Source of the DNA: Lysobacterales bacterium
GTDB lineage: Bacteria > Pseudomonadota > Gammaproteobacteria > Xanthomonadales > SZUA-5
Length of the DNA: 64,000 nt
Assembly: GCA_022844165.1 (NCBI GenBank)
Contig: JALHMH010000007.1
Span: 64,001-128,000, forward strand
Direction of reading: 5' to 3'
Numbering within the stretch: position 1 is the first letter of the stretch; each line of letters opens with the position of its first letter. The position numbers and the translations under genes are program-made. Below the pieces are notes generated by a model that saw only the letters and a list, made by a program, of their open reading frames with translations, was not told the DNA's origin and made no database searches. This document shows, piece by piece, positions 31,904-42,081 of the stretch.

Positions 31904-33139
31904 GCGACCTCCCGCAGATCGATCTGGCCGGTGACGGCGGCGGTGATCAGGGCGGAGCGGCGTTCTGACCGCAGTATTAGGCTGCGCTCGGTGGCCGCCA
32001 TGATTGCGTCGAATCGCTTCGTGCTCAGTGCAATGTGCTCAAGTATTTGGCGCTGCTCGGCAAGCGGCGGCAGGCACAGCCGGAGATCGCGGAATTCGTC
32101 CCAGTAGAGGCGCATGCGGAAGTCCGCGATTCCGCGCGAATGGCGTCGCATCTCCTCGATGGCCATGGGCGTCCGCAGCAGGTGCTCGATGTAGGCAGTT
32201 TCAACAGGCACCATCGGAGAGGCGACGACGTAGGCAGGACTGACGAGTCCGTGGACAGATACGGCGCCGACCGCGCCCTGCCAGGCGAGCATCATGTTGT
32301 ACGCGATGTCGCCGGGCTCGACGCGCTTGTACTTGGTGCGGTCCTCGCTAAGCCAGACGCGCCTATCACGGTCATCCTGATCCATTTCCTCATCGCTGAT
32401 GCCGTCGTGGATCGAGATTGACAGCACTGGCAAGGAGGCATCGCCGGTACGAATCGCTTCCCGATAGACATGGGCGACGCGCCTGACTTCCCAATGTTTG
32501 GGGATTGACTCTATCCAGTTGACGCCGGAGTCCTTCATCGACGCATCCGCATCGAGACCCTTGGTGACCGCGTGCGTGATCAGCGCCTGGCGCTTTTCCT
32601 TCAGCAGTTCGATGAAGCGTGCCTTTTTGGCGATCAGCGCGTCGATACGGGCGGTCTCGCGGTCAAGAGCGCCGGCAATCTCGCGTTGCTCCACTCGGGA
32701 CGGTGCCGCTATCGGATTCGATGCCAAGGCCTCCTGCGTCATGGATGGGAGCGCAGTGTTGGTTGAGTAGAGACCGAACGGGATGGCTGACGCCGAATAA
32801 AACAGGAAGCGCGCATCGGCATTGGCGTTGATCTGCGTGTAGAACATTGTGTCCACAGTCCAAAATCGGCCGTTGACGTACACAGGTCGGTCAATGGTGC
32901 CCTTCCGACCCAGCAGAACCGATTCGCCTTCGAATAGGTAGCTGTCGGCACGGGCGAACTCGCCACCGGAGCCGAACACCGGATACTCACCCTCTGGGTT
33001 CTCAACCAGTTTGTGATCGCGGCCATTGCAGATCGTGGCCAGGCGCTTCATGGCACATACAGCCCAATGGCGAGGGACGACGCCGAGCCACTCAACCCCG
33101 GATTCTTTGTGCGCCGGGATACTGTTTGTAGCGACTCAT
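31900..33139 (-). pseudogene. hsdS: Type I R-M specificity subunit S with a 1-nt insertion near 33116-33118; downstream ORF 31900..33051 is intact
   Basis: Two TRDs with conserved repeats (PSRVEQREI..LKEKRQALITHAVTKG; PPLAEQ..RSALITAAVTG). Removing one base gives [25 protein letters not shown], matching the internal repeat MKDSGVNWIESIPKHW. Confidence 0.88.
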
Positions 33140-34056
33140 GCGCCAGCCCCTGAGTTTGCGGGGTCGGCCCACAACGGAGGCGCCTTCCAATTCGTCGGGA
33201 AGCCCATTGCTGCGGTGTCGACTTCATACCCATCGATCAACGCGATCAACCGCTGCCGCCAACGGTGCGCAGGTGCGATCACGTCCATCAGGTACAACAA
33301 CATCAGCAGCGTGTTGTAGAGCTTGTGCGAGTCCGGCACAAACTGCCCACGGAGCACCGCGGGTTTGCTGCGAGGCGCCTGCGGTCGCACAGTGAAATCG
33401 CGATTCCAGAAGCGCGCGTGGTGGGCGCAGGTGTTACGCACCACGGTCAGATGGTGCAGCCAGGACTGCAGGACCGCCTCGTCCACGCCGTAGGGTGCAG
33501 CGATGCGGCGGCGCGTCGGCATCGGCTGCAGATTGCTGTACCAGTGCGACAACAATCCCAGTGACATCACCTCACAGACGGCCCAGACCGGCGGCAACGG
33601 CTCCTGGTAGGTATCGCGCAAATGGCGAATGAAGGTCTCGTCGGACCGCGTCACTTCGTCCGTCAGCTGCGCCAGTTGGCGCTGATGCCAGTCGTCCCGA
33701 TAAGCGATGCTGCGGTCCAGATGCGCGTGACTGCCATGGCAATGCGCCAACTGGTAGGCCCACTGTGTACGCACCGACACTTCGATGCGTTCGATGGCAT
33801 CCATCACCAGAAGACGCAGTTCGCGATCGAAGATGTAGAGATTCAGCACATCCTCAAAGCGCGTGCCCGGTTTGAAGGTGTGCGTGGCGTGATCCGCCTC
33901 GAAGGGCAGCCAGTAGGCGCAGAGCCGGTAGTAATTCAGGTGCCGGAGGTAGAACTCGGCTTGCGCGGGATCGGCGATCAGCATGCCGCGGCTCTGCAGC
34001 AGGGCGACCTGCGCGGTCAGCGTGAGCGCTGGCTTGGTGAAGGGCAGCTTGCTCAT
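33136..34056 (-). CDS. Abi family protein (Abi_2, AbiD/AbiF-like HEPN RNase)
   Basis: [32 protein letters not shown]...[23 protein letters not shown] RxxxxH motif RNTCAHH, MGFP..W. Confidence 0.9.
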   Translation of the reverse strand: MSKLPFTKPALTLTAQVALLQSRGMLIADPAQAEFYLRHLNYYRLCAYWLPFEADHATHTFKPGTRFEDVLNLYIFDRELRLLVMDAIERIEVSVRTQWAYQLAHCHGSHAHLDRSIAYRDDWHQRQLAQLTDEVTRSDETFIRHLRDTYQEPLPPVWAVCEVMSLGLLSHWYSNLQPMPTRRRIAAPYGVDEAVLQSWLHHLTVVRNTCAHHARFWNRDFTVRPQAPRSKPAVLRGQFVPDSHKLYNTLLMLLYLMDVIAPAHRWRQRLIALIDGYEVDTAAMGFPTNWKAPPLWADPANSGAGA

Positions 34057-34098
34057 GGGCGTTGCCCACGGCCGCCAGGGCGCGCGAATGCGGACCCC

Positions 34099-34162
34099 AG
34101 AAAAGAGAAACCCGCCGGTTTGAGGGTGCCCTTGCGGGTAGAGCCTTGGCGGGTATTGTTGC
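34099..34162 (-). ncRNA. Structured leader or antitoxin RNA candidate upstream of the Abi gene (abiF-motif-like)
   Basis: Minus-strand stem ACCCGCC/GGCGGGT enclosing CCC-GCAA-GGG, followed by UUUCUCUUUU; directly downstream of a promoter. Confidence 0.6.
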
Positions 34163-34167
34163 CCGCA

Positions 34168-34196
34168 AGTCTAGCCGGGACTGCCTGGACCGACAA
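34168..34196 (-). promoter_or_regulatory. Internal sigma70 promoter for the Abi leader
   Basis: TTGTCG-N17-TAGACT on the minus strand. Confidence 0.65.
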
Positions 34197-34237
34197 GCCG
34201 CCGGCGCGCGCTGATGCGTTGCCCATGCGGCCACGGT

Positions 34238-36256
34238 TCATTGGGTCACCTCGCCCAACAGCGCCGCGATCTCGGCTTCCACGGCCTTGAGTTCGGCATC
34301 GATCTCCGCCAGCGGACGCGGCGGCTGGTATTTGTAGAAGTAGCGGTTGAAATTGATTTCAAAGCCCACACGGCCAGGCTCGCCATCCTTGTCGTCGCAA
34401 AAGCTCGCATCGATCCAGGCATCGGGCACGTGCGGCAGCACCTCGCGCGCCAGATAGTCCTGCGGCAGCTCGCCGAGCGGCACGTTCTCGTAGTCGGTCA
34501 GTTCTGGATCGGCCATCACCGTGCCGTCGGCCGCACGGACCACCTCTCCCGCCGGATCGCGCACGCCCAGCGCGTTGATCAGTGCCTTGACGAAGGACTT
34601 GCCGACCTTGCCGATGATCGGGTTGCGCTCGGCCGTCAGCGCGGCAAAGGCTGCCGCCCACTCGAAGGCGCGGATACAGTCGTGATGCGCAGTCAGCGCC
34701 GCTTCCCACGCCGCGCGCTGCTCGTCGGTCAGCGCTAACCAGGCCTTTTCCTCACGCAGTTTCGCCAGCGTTGCGTCACTGACCTGCAGGGTCATGCGCA
34801 GAGGCCGCAGGACCTTGATGCGGCGATAACCGAAGCGGCGGTAGTCGAGCATCCGGCTGAGTTCGTGGTCACCGCCCTCGGCGTAGATGCCAGCAATTTG
34901 AGTGATCTGGTCCTCGCTGACACGCCGCCGCTTGTTGCCCTCATTGCGCATCGGGGACCAAAGGCTGGTGGCGTTGATCAGCTGTACGTGGTTCCGCCGG
35001 TTGCCGGGCTTCTTGTTGGACAAAATCCACAAATAGGTGCCGATACCGGTGCGGAAGAAGATCTCGGTGGGCAGCGCGATGATGGCGTCGACCAGATCCT
35101 GCTCCAGCAGCCACCGGCGGATCTCGGATTCGCCGGAACCGGCGCCACCGTTGAACAGCGGCGAGCCCGACAGCACGATCGCCGCGCGACCACCTCCCTT
35201 CTCGCGTCGTTCCAGCTTGCTGGCCAGGTGCAGCAGGAACAGCATCGAGCCATCGTTAATACGCGGCAGACCGGGGCCGAAGCGGCCGTAATAGCCCTTC
35301 TCTCGATGCTCCTTGTTGACGGCCGCCGCGTCCTTTTCCCATTTCTTGCCGAAGGGCGGATTGGACAGGCAGTAGTGAAAGCGCTCGCCGGCGAACTGAT
35401 CATTGGACAGCGTGCTGCCGAGCTTGATGTTCCGGGACAGGTCGCGACCAGGGTCCGTCGGCAGCTGGCGCAGCAACATGCCGGTCAGGCACACCGCGTG
35501 CGTTTCCGGTTCCAGCTCCTGCCCGTACGGCACCAGAACGGGCGGCACACGCGTGCGATTGCCATAGTTGGCGACATGGTCCATCGCATCGGACAGAAAC
35601 CCTCCGGTGCCGCAGGTGGGGTCGTACAGCGTGCGGATCAGACCGGGGTTGGCCTCGAACAGCGCATCGTCCGGGTCCAGCAGCAGCGTGGTTGCCAGAT
35701 GCACCACGTCGCGTGGCGTCATGAAGTCCTCTGCCCCTTCGTTGACCTCGGCGCCAAAGCGTCGGATCAGGTGTTCGTACAAATTGCTCATCACCCGGTC
35801 AGGCACGACGTCGGGGTGCAGATCGATGCCGGCGAAGTTGCGGCAGATCCGGAACAGCACGTTCGCCTTGTCCAGGCGCACCAGCGTGTTTTCGATGTCG
35901 AACTGCTCGAAGATCACTCGCGCGTTGTCCGAAAACTGCACGATGTAGTCCTGCAGGTTCTGCCGCGTCTTGCCGTCACCCAGCGTGTCCAGCGTGTACT
36001 GCGAGACGTTGTAGAAGGGATAGCGCGTGATCTGGCGCAGGATCAGGTCAAGGTCGATGCCGCTGTCCTTGTACTGCGCGGTCGCTTCCCGAACCGCATC
36101 CCGCGTAGGCTCCAGCACGCATTCCAGGCGACGCAGCAGGGTGAACGGCAAGATGATCTTGCCAAAGTCCGTGTGCTTGAAATCGCCCCACAGGTCCTCG
36201 GCGTTCTTCCAGATGAAGTCCGCCAAGGACGCGCCAGTTCCGCCCGCTTGTGCCAT
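34238..36256 (-). CDS. hsdM: Type I R-M N6-adenine methyltransferase subunit M
   Basis: FIWKNAEDLWG, FMTPRDVV, motif I DPTCGTGGFL, motif IV NPPF, GFEINFNRYFY. Confidence 0.95.
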   Translation of the reverse strand: MAQAGGTGASLADFIWKNAEDLWGDFKHTDFGKIILPFTLLRRLECVLEPTRDAVREATAQYKDSGIDLDLILRQITRYPFYNVSQYTLDTLGDGKTRQNLQDYIVQFSDNARVIFEQFDIENTLVRLDKANVLFRICRNFAGIDLHPDVVPDRVMSNLYEHLIRRFGAEVNEGAEDFMTPRDVVHLATTLLLDPDDALFEANPGLIRTLYDPTCGTGGFLSDAMDHVANYGNRTRVPPVLVPYGQELEPETHAVCLTGMLLRQLPTDPGRDLSRNIKLGSTLSNDQFAGERFHYCLSNPPFGKKWEKDAAAVNKEHREKGYYGRFGPGLPRINDGSMLFLLHLASKLERREKGGGRAAIVLSGSPLFNGGAGSGESEIRRWLLEQDLVDAIIALPTEIFFRTGIGTYLWILSNKKPGNRRNHVQLINATSLWSPMRNEGNKRRRVSEDQITQIAGIYAEGGDHELSRMLDYRRFGYRRIKVLRPLRMTLQVSDATLAKLREEKAWLALTDEQRAAWEAALTAHHDCIRAFEWAAAFAALTAERNPIIGKVGKSFVKALINALGVRDPAGEVVRAADGTVMADPELTDYENVPLGELPQDYLAREVLPHVPDAWIDASFCDDKDGEPGRVGFEINFNRYFYKYQPPRPLAEIDAELKAVEAEIAALLGEVTQ

Positions 36257-36513
36257 TCCATGCCCCTGCATCGATCGCATAGGGTGAGCCTAACAGCAGA
36301 ATACTTTGAAGGCTGGCCTGGATATGGTCGCCGAGCGCGCAAACGAAGGCCGCGGGCCGTGGACCGGCGCTCACACGCCAATAGGCGAGACGACCGGCGG
36401 CTGCGCTGCCGGGCCGGAAATGCGCGAAGCGCGCGGGGTTGTGGCAAGTACGCTGCAGAGCGAAGCCAACTATGCTAGGGCGGTCTGAGGCGAAGCTTCG
36501 CTAGAGATCGGTC

Positions 36514-37404
36514 ATGCACATCCGTAAAGAGAACCTTGAGGGCGCGCAGGTTCAGGCTCTTCTTCGAGAGCATCTGGCCTCGATGGAGCACACGGCGCCG
36601 CCGGAAAGTCGCCACGCTTTGGATCTGTCGGGGTTGCGTGACCCTGCTGTCACGTTTTGGAGCATCTGGGACGGTGAGACATTGGCCGGGTTCGGCGCAC
36701 TCAAGCATCTGACCGCAGAGCACGCTGAAATCAAGTCCATGCGCACTGCGGCGCCGTATCTTCGCCGCGGAGTGGCATCGCGCATGTTAGATCATCTCAT
36801 CACTGAAGCAGCCAATCGTGGCTACACCAGAATCAGTCTTGAAACCGGTTCGATGGCATTCTTCGAACCTGCGCGCCGCCTTTACGAATCCTTCGGCTTC
36901 GTTCAGTGCCAACCATTCGCCAATTACCGACCAGACCCCAACAGCACATTCATGACGCTTGACGGGTTATCGCCCAATTCCGGCGTCACCCGGATCAACC
37001 AGAAATCTCGGAGTTCGTGTATGACCAGACAGCTCATCAGCTCGGGCTCAACATTTGAGCAGGAGATTGGCTATTCCCGTGCAGTCGTAGATGGCAACTG
37101 GATTTTTGTCTCAGGAACGACCGGCTTTGACTACTCCACCATGACGATCTCAGACAGTTTGACTGAACAGACGGAGCAATGCCTCAGGAACATTGAGGCA
37201 GCGCTGCATCAAGCCGGGTCAAGCCTCAAAGATGTGGTGCGTGTCACGTATGTCTTACCCAATGGTGCAGATTTTCCGCAATGCTGGCCGATCCTTCGCC
37301 AGTACTTCGGCGAGGTACGTCCAGCCGCAATGATGATCTCCGCGGGGTTAGCCGATCCTCGAATGCGCATTGAAATGGAGGTCACCGCACTAAAGCAGTC
37401 GTAG
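36514..37404 (+). CDS. In-frame fusion of a GNAT acetyltransferase (36514-~36970) and a RidA/YjgF-family protein (own RBS and ATG at 37021)
   Basis: EIKSMRT..LRRGVAS..LETGS..LYESFGF, then MTRQLISSGSTFEQEIGYSRAVVDG..VSGTTG..RPAAMM..IEMEVTA. Confidence 0.82.
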   Translation: MHIRKENLEGAQVQALLREHLASMEHTAPPESRHALDLSGLRDPAVTFWSIWDGETLAGFGALKHLTAEHAEIKSMRTAAPYLRRGVASRMLDHLITEAANRGYTRISLETGSMAFFEPARRLYESFGFVQCQPFANYRPDPNSTFMTLDGLSPNSGVTRINQKSRSSCMTRQLISSGSTFEQEIGYSRAVVDGNWIFVSGTTGFDYSTMTISDSLTEQTEQCLRNIEAALHQAGSSLKDVVRVTYVLPNGADFPQCWPILRQYFGEVRPAAMMISAGLADPRMRIEMEVTALKQS

Positions 37405-37419
37405 ATGCGGTCGCGCGCA

Positions 37420-37992
37420 TCAGGCTCGCGGTAGTGTCACGCCTTGCTGGCCCTGGTACTTCCCGCCGCGGTCTCGATAACTCACCTCGCAGGTTTCGTC
37501 GGACTCAAAAAACAACATTTGCGCCACGCCTTCGCCGGCATAAATTTTTGCTGGCAGCGGCGTCGTGTTCGAAAACTCGAGCGTGACGTGCCCTTCCCAC
37601 TCGGGTTCGAGCGGCGTGACGTTGACGATGATGCCGCAGCGCGCATAAGTACTCTTGCCCAGACAGATCGTCAGCACCGAGCGCGGGATGCGAAAGTACT
37701 CCACCGTGCGAGCCAGGCAAAATGAATTCGGCGGAATGATGCAAACGGGGCCCTTGAAGTCGACGAAACTGCGTTCGTCGAAAGCCTTGGGATCGACGAT
37801 GGTCGAGTTGATGTTGGTGAAAATCTTGAATTCGTCGGCACAGCGCACGTCGTAGCCGTAGCTCGACGTGCCATAGCTGATCAGTCGATCGCCATCCGGA
37901 TTACGGCGGACCTGTTCGGGCGCAAAGGGCTCGATCATCTTGCCCAAACCTTCGCTCATCCGCCGGATCCAGCGGTCACACTTGATGCTCAT
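37420..37992 (-). CDS. dcd: dCTP deaminase
   Basis: [55 protein letters not shown]. Confidence 0.96.
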   Translation of the reverse strand: MSIKCDRWIRRMSEGLGKMIEPFAPEQVRRNPDGDRLISYGTSSYGYDVRCADEFKIFTNINSTIVDPKAFDERSFVDFKGPVCIIPPNSFCLARTVEYFRIPRSVLTICLGKSTYARCGIIVNVTPLEPEWEGHVTLEFSNTTPLPAKIYAGEGVAQMLFFESDETCEVSYRDRGGKYQGQQGVTLPRA

Positions 37993-38501
37993 CGACGCGC
38001 GTCCAGGATTGCAGTCCATTCCGCAACTTTGGCCGACACCTTAGGCCCCGCGAGGAAGGCATCGACGTCGCCCTCAATCGTCAGACGCTCGATCTTGTCG
38101 CCTTGGCGAATCGCATTGACAACGTCCTGGCCGCTCGTGACGGTGCCGAACACCGTGTGTTTGCCATCCAGATGCGGCGTCGGCCCGTGAGTGATGAAAA
38201 ACTGGCTGCCGTTGGTGCCTGGGCCGGCATTGGCCATCGACAGGATGCCCGCCGAGTTGTGGCGCAAGCCTGAAACGATTTCGTCCGCGAATTTGTAGCC
38301 AGGTCCGCCGGTGCCGGTACCCAGCGGACAACCGCCCTGAATCATGAAATTGGATATGACCCGATGAAAGTTGAGGCCGTTGTAGTAACCGCGCTTGGCG
38401 AGATTGACGAAGTTGGCAACCGTCAATGGCGTTTCGTTGGCATACAACTTCAGGCGGATCACACCGCGGGAGGTCAGAAATACGGCTTCGAGACTGCTCA
38501 T
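37989..38501 (-). CDS. Cyclophilin-type peptidyl-prolyl isomerase
   Basis: [41 protein letters not shown]. Confidence 0.95.
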   Translation of the reverse strand: MSSLEAVFLTSRGVIRLKLYANETPLTVANFVNLAKRGYYNGLNFHRVISNFMIQGGCPLGTGTGGPGYKFADEIVSGLRHNSAGILSMANAGPGTNGSQFFITHGPTPHLDGKHTVFGTVTSGQDVVNAIRQGDKIERLTIEGDVDAFLAGPKVSAKVAEWTAILDARR

Positions 38502-38563
38502 GGTTCAGGTTCTCGCGTAGGAGATTCAGGGCGCGCGATGCTACGACATCGTTCGCTATTGAC

Positions 38564-38980
38564 CTATCGGTATTGCATCGCCAGCTGTGCGCCGGCATTC
38601 AGGATGCCCAGCGCTATCGACATGGTTGCCGCCCAGAGAGCAACCGAAACACGATTTTGCTCGATAGCGGCATGCAGTCCACGATGTATCAGCCGCAGCA
38701 ACGCGTAGGCGGCCAGTTGCACGACGAGCGCCGCGAAACCCCACTGGGCGAGCGCCATCACCGACGACGAATTCGCCAACGACGCGCCGACCGGCAGCGA
38801 AAATCCGATCATGGCGCCGGCAAGCATCGTGGCGGCGGCTGTGTTGCCTTCGAAAATCAGGGTCAGTTCGCTGTGCGGCGTCAGGAACGTGTACAGCGAA
38901 AAAAACACACCGAGCAGCAGCACGCCCATCGCAAGCAACGACAGAAACTGCGGCAGTTCAGACAAGTAGTTGGGCATCAT
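38564..38980 (-). CDS. DUF350 family membrane protein
   Basis: Four TM helices, LTPHSELTLIFEGNTAAA, I..N..VA..ALGILNA pattern. Confidence 0.82.
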   Translation of the reverse strand: MMPNYLSELPQFLSLLAMGVLLLGVFFSLYTFLTPHSELTLIFEGNTAAATMLAGAMIGFSLPVGASLANSSSVMALAQWGFAALVVQLAAYALLRLIHRGLHAAIEQNRVSVALWAATMSIALGILNAGAQLAMQYR

Positions 38981-39116
38981 GTTCAAAGGCCGTTCCTGGG
39001 CTCTTTCGACTATAGCTGGGCGCGACACCAGGTGCGCGGGTGCGCGTTCCATGGTTTCGAACCGGGTATCTTGTCGCCCCACAGCTTCGCGCACTCCTCT
39101 GCCAACGATCGGCGAT

Positions 39117-39773
39117 ATGAACCGGCATCGAAGAATTGCCATCTTCCAGCGATTGCGCGAACTCAATCCGCAGCCGACCACCGAATTGCTCTACGCAACG
39201 CCCTTCGAACTGCTGGTCGCGGTGGTGCTCTCTGCGCAAGCCACGGATGTCAGCGTCAACAAGGCTACGCGCAAGTTGTTTCCGATCGCCAACACTCCAG
39301 CCGCAATCGCGGCGCTCGGCGTTGCGGGTTTGTCGCCTTACATCCAGACCATTGGCCTGTTCAACACCAAAGCCAAAAACGTTGTCGCGCTATGCGAACA
39401 ATTGCTCGCCCTCCACGGCGGCGAGGTGCCTGCCGATCGTGCTGCACTGGAGGCGCTACCGGGCGTCGGGCGCAAAACCGCCAATGTGGTCCTGAATACT
39501 GCATTCGGTCAGCCGACGATCGCCGTGGACACGCATATTTTCCGCGTCAGCAATCGCACGGGGATCGCGCCAGGCAAGGACGTCAACGCCGTCGAGGCGC
39601 GTTTGAATCGCGTTGTGCCCGCCGAATTCAAGCAAGACTGCCATCACTGGCTGATTCTCCATGGCCGCTACGTGTGCACGGCGCGCAATCCAAACTGCAG
39701 CGAGTGTCCGATTGCGGATCTGTGCGAGTGGCCCGATAAGCTCAATTCACATCGTGGGAGCAAGAAAACGTGA
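39117..39773 (+). CDS. nth: Endonuclease III
   Basis: LLVAVVLSAQATD, HhH LPGVGRKTANV, VDTH, Fe-S motif CTARNPNCSECPIADLC. Confidence 0.96.
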   Translation: MNRHRRIAIFQRLRELNPQPTTELLYATPFELLVAVVLSAQATDVSVNKATRKLFPIANTPAAIAALGVAGLSPYIQTIGLFNTKAKNVVALCEQLLALHGGEVPADRAALEALPGVGRKTANVVLNTAFGQPTIAVDTHIFRVSNRTGIAPGKDVNAVEARLNRVVPAEFKQDCHHWLILHGRYVCTARNPNCSECPIADLCEWPDKLNSHRGSKKT

Positions 39774-40309
39774 GCGCCTTTCCAACCCTGACCACCGAGC
39801 GGCTGATCTTGCGCGTGCCCACTTCGAACGACCTGGACGATTGGGCTGAGATGATGGCCGATGAAGAAACCGCCAAGTACATTGGCGGCACCATGCCGCG
39901 CTCGATGGTATGGCGCGGCTTGATGTGCATGATCGGCGCATGGCACGAGATGGGTTTTGCGATGTTCACCGCGCGCGATCGCAACAGTGGTGCGTTCATC
40001 GGCCGGATGGGGCCGTGGTCGCCCGAGGGTTGGCCTGGACTGGAAGTCGGCTGGGCAATCAAGCGCTCGGTGTGGCGTCAGGGTTATGGCGTGGAAGCCG
40101 CAGCCGTGTGCATGGACTACGCTGTCGACGTGCTCGGCTGGGCCAATATCATCCATACCATCGATCCGAACAACGAGGGATCGAAGGGCGTCGCCCGGCG
40201 CCTTGGCTCGAATTACTTGACTCCCGGTCGACTACCGGCTCCGCACGACAAGGCAGAGGTTGAAGTCTGGGGGCAAAGTGCGGCGCAGTGGCGGTTGCGG
40301 CGGACCTGA
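39770..40309 (+). CDS. GNAT acetyltransferase, RimJ/RimL-like
   Basis: LTTERLILR, EVGW..VWRQGYGVEAA, N..S..VARRLG; GTGA overlap with nth. Confidence 0.88.
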   Translation: MSAFPTLTTERLILRVPTSNDLDDWAEMMADEETAKYIGGTMPRSMVWRGLMCMIGAWHEMGFAMFTARDRNSGAFIGRMGPWSPEGWPGLEVGWAIKRSVWRQGYGVEAAAVCMDYAVDVLGWANIIHTIDPNNEGSKGVARRLGSNYLTPGRLPAPHDKAEVEVWGQSAAQWRLRRT

Positions 40310-40387
40310 AGTTCGCCAACGCGCTGGCGCGACCGACCGAATGGCTGCCAGAATCGGCGCTTCCATTTCCATCGCAGGGGATACGTA

Positions 40388-42028
40388 ATGAAGGCTTCGG
40401 ACTTGTTCATTCGGGCGCTGGAATCGGAGGGCGTCAAGTACATCTTCGGTATCCCCGGTGAGGAGAATCTGGACTTCCTGGAGTCTTTGCGCACCTCCTC
40501 GATTAAGTTGATTCTGACGCGCCACGAGCAAGGCGCAGGCTTTATGGCTGCCACGTATGGCCGACTCACGGGGCACGCCGGCGTGTGTTTGTCCACGCTC
40601 GGCCCGGGCGCAACCAACTTCGTGACGGCTGCAGCGTACGCACAATTGGGCGCAATGCCGATGCTGATGATCACCGGCCAAAAGCCAGTCAAGGCGAGCA
40701 AACAGGGGCACTTTCAAATCGTCGATATCGTCGACATGATGCGGCCGCTGACCAAGTACACGCGCCAGATCATCGCTGCCGACAACATTCCGGCACGTGT
40801 GCGCGAAGCGTTCCGGCGTGCCGAAGAAGAGCGACCTGGGGCCGTGCATCTGGAGCTGCCCGAGGACATCGCCGATGAGCAAAGCGAGGCGATGGTACTC
40901 AAAGCCTCACATATGCGCCGCCCGGTCGCCGATGAAAAGGCCATCGTTTATGCGGTGGAGGCGATCACCAATGCCAAGCGCCCGCTGTTGATGATCGGCG
41001 CTGGCGCCAATCGCAAAACCACCAGCAAGATGCTCGCCGAGTTTGTCGACAAACTCGGCATACCGTTCTTCACCACGCAAATGGGTAAGGGCGTGCTCGA
41101 TGAGCATCATCCACTGTGGCTCGGCAATGCCGCCTTGTCCGATGGCGACTTCGTGCATCGCGCGATCGAGAAGGCCGACTGCATCATCAATTGCGGTCAT
41201 GACGTCGTCGAGAAACCGCCGTTCTTCATGCGCAAGGGTGAGCGCACCGTCATCCATTTGAATTTCTTTTCGGCCGAAGTTGATACCGTCTACTTCCCGC
41301 AGATCGAAGTCGTTGGCGATATGGCCAACGCGATCTGGCGCTTGAAGCAGCGATTGGAGCGACAGCCGCATTGGGACTTCGCCTATTTCGACAAAATCCG
41401 CATCGCGCTCAATCAACATCTGGAGCATCGTGTCGACGACGCGCGCTTCCCGATCCACCCGGTGTGCATGGTCGACATCGTGCGCAAGGAGGTCGACAAG
41501 AACGGCATCGTGTGCCTCGACAACGGCATGTACAAGTTGTGGTTCGCGCGTTATTACCGCTGCTACGAGCCCAATACGCTGCTGCTCGATAACGCGCTGG
41601 CCACGATGGGCGCCGGTCTGCCGAGCGCGATGGCGGCAAAGATCGTGCACCCGGATCGTAAGGTCGTCGCGATCTGCGGCGATGGCGGCTTCATGATGAA
41701 CTCGCAGGAAGTCGAAACCGCGGTGCGCTTAGGGCTCAACATCGCGATCGTGATCCTGCTCGACAACGCCTACGGCATGATCAAGTGGAAACAAGCCGGC
41801 ATGGGTTTCGCTAATTTCGGCATGGACATGGGCAATCCGGATTTCGTCAAACTCGCCGAGGCCTACGGCGCGCGCGGCTGGCGCCCGAAGTCCACCGGCG
41901 AATTTCGCGACATGCTGCGCGAAGCACTGGCCGAACCGGGTGTGGACATCATCGAACTGGCCATCGACTACTCTGAAAACCACGCGATTTTGAATAAGGA
42001 AATCAAGGAGTTGAGTGCGGCGCTTTAG
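40388..42028 (+). CDS. ThDP-dependent acetolactate synthase large subunit-like enzyme
   Basis: FGIPGEEN, RHEQGAGFMA, GPGATN, ThDP motif GDGGFMM...N. Confidence 0.92.
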   Translation: MKASDLFIRALESEGVKYIFGIPGEENLDFLESLRTSSIKLILTRHEQGAGFMAATYGRLTGHAGVCLSTLGPGATNFVTAAAYAQLGAMPMLMITGQKPVKASKQGHFQIVDIVDMMRPLTKYTRQIIAADNIPARVREAFRRAEEERPGAVHLELPEDIADEQSEAMVLKASHMRRPVADEKAIVYAVEAITNAKRPLLMIGAGANRKTTSKMLAEFVDKLGIPFFTTQMGKGVLDEHHPLWLGNAALSDGDFVHRAIEKADCIINCGHDVVEKPPFFMRKGERTVIHLNFFSAEVDTVYFPQIEVVGDMANAIWRLKQRLERQPHWDFAYFDKIRIALNQHLEHRVDDARFPIHPVCMVDIVRKEVDKNGIVCLDNGMYKLWFARYYRCYEPNTLLLDNALATMGAGLPSAMAAKIVHPDRKVVAICGDGGFMMNSQEVETAVRLGLNIAIVILLDNAYGMIKWKQAGMGFANFGMDMGNPDFVKLAEAYGARGWRPKSTGEFRDMLREALAEPGVDIIELAIDYSENHAILNKEIKELSAAL

Positions 42029-42081
42029 TGCATAGGGAGCTGGTGCTAAGATGCGTTGAGCATGAAGTCTGGAGCATCAAC

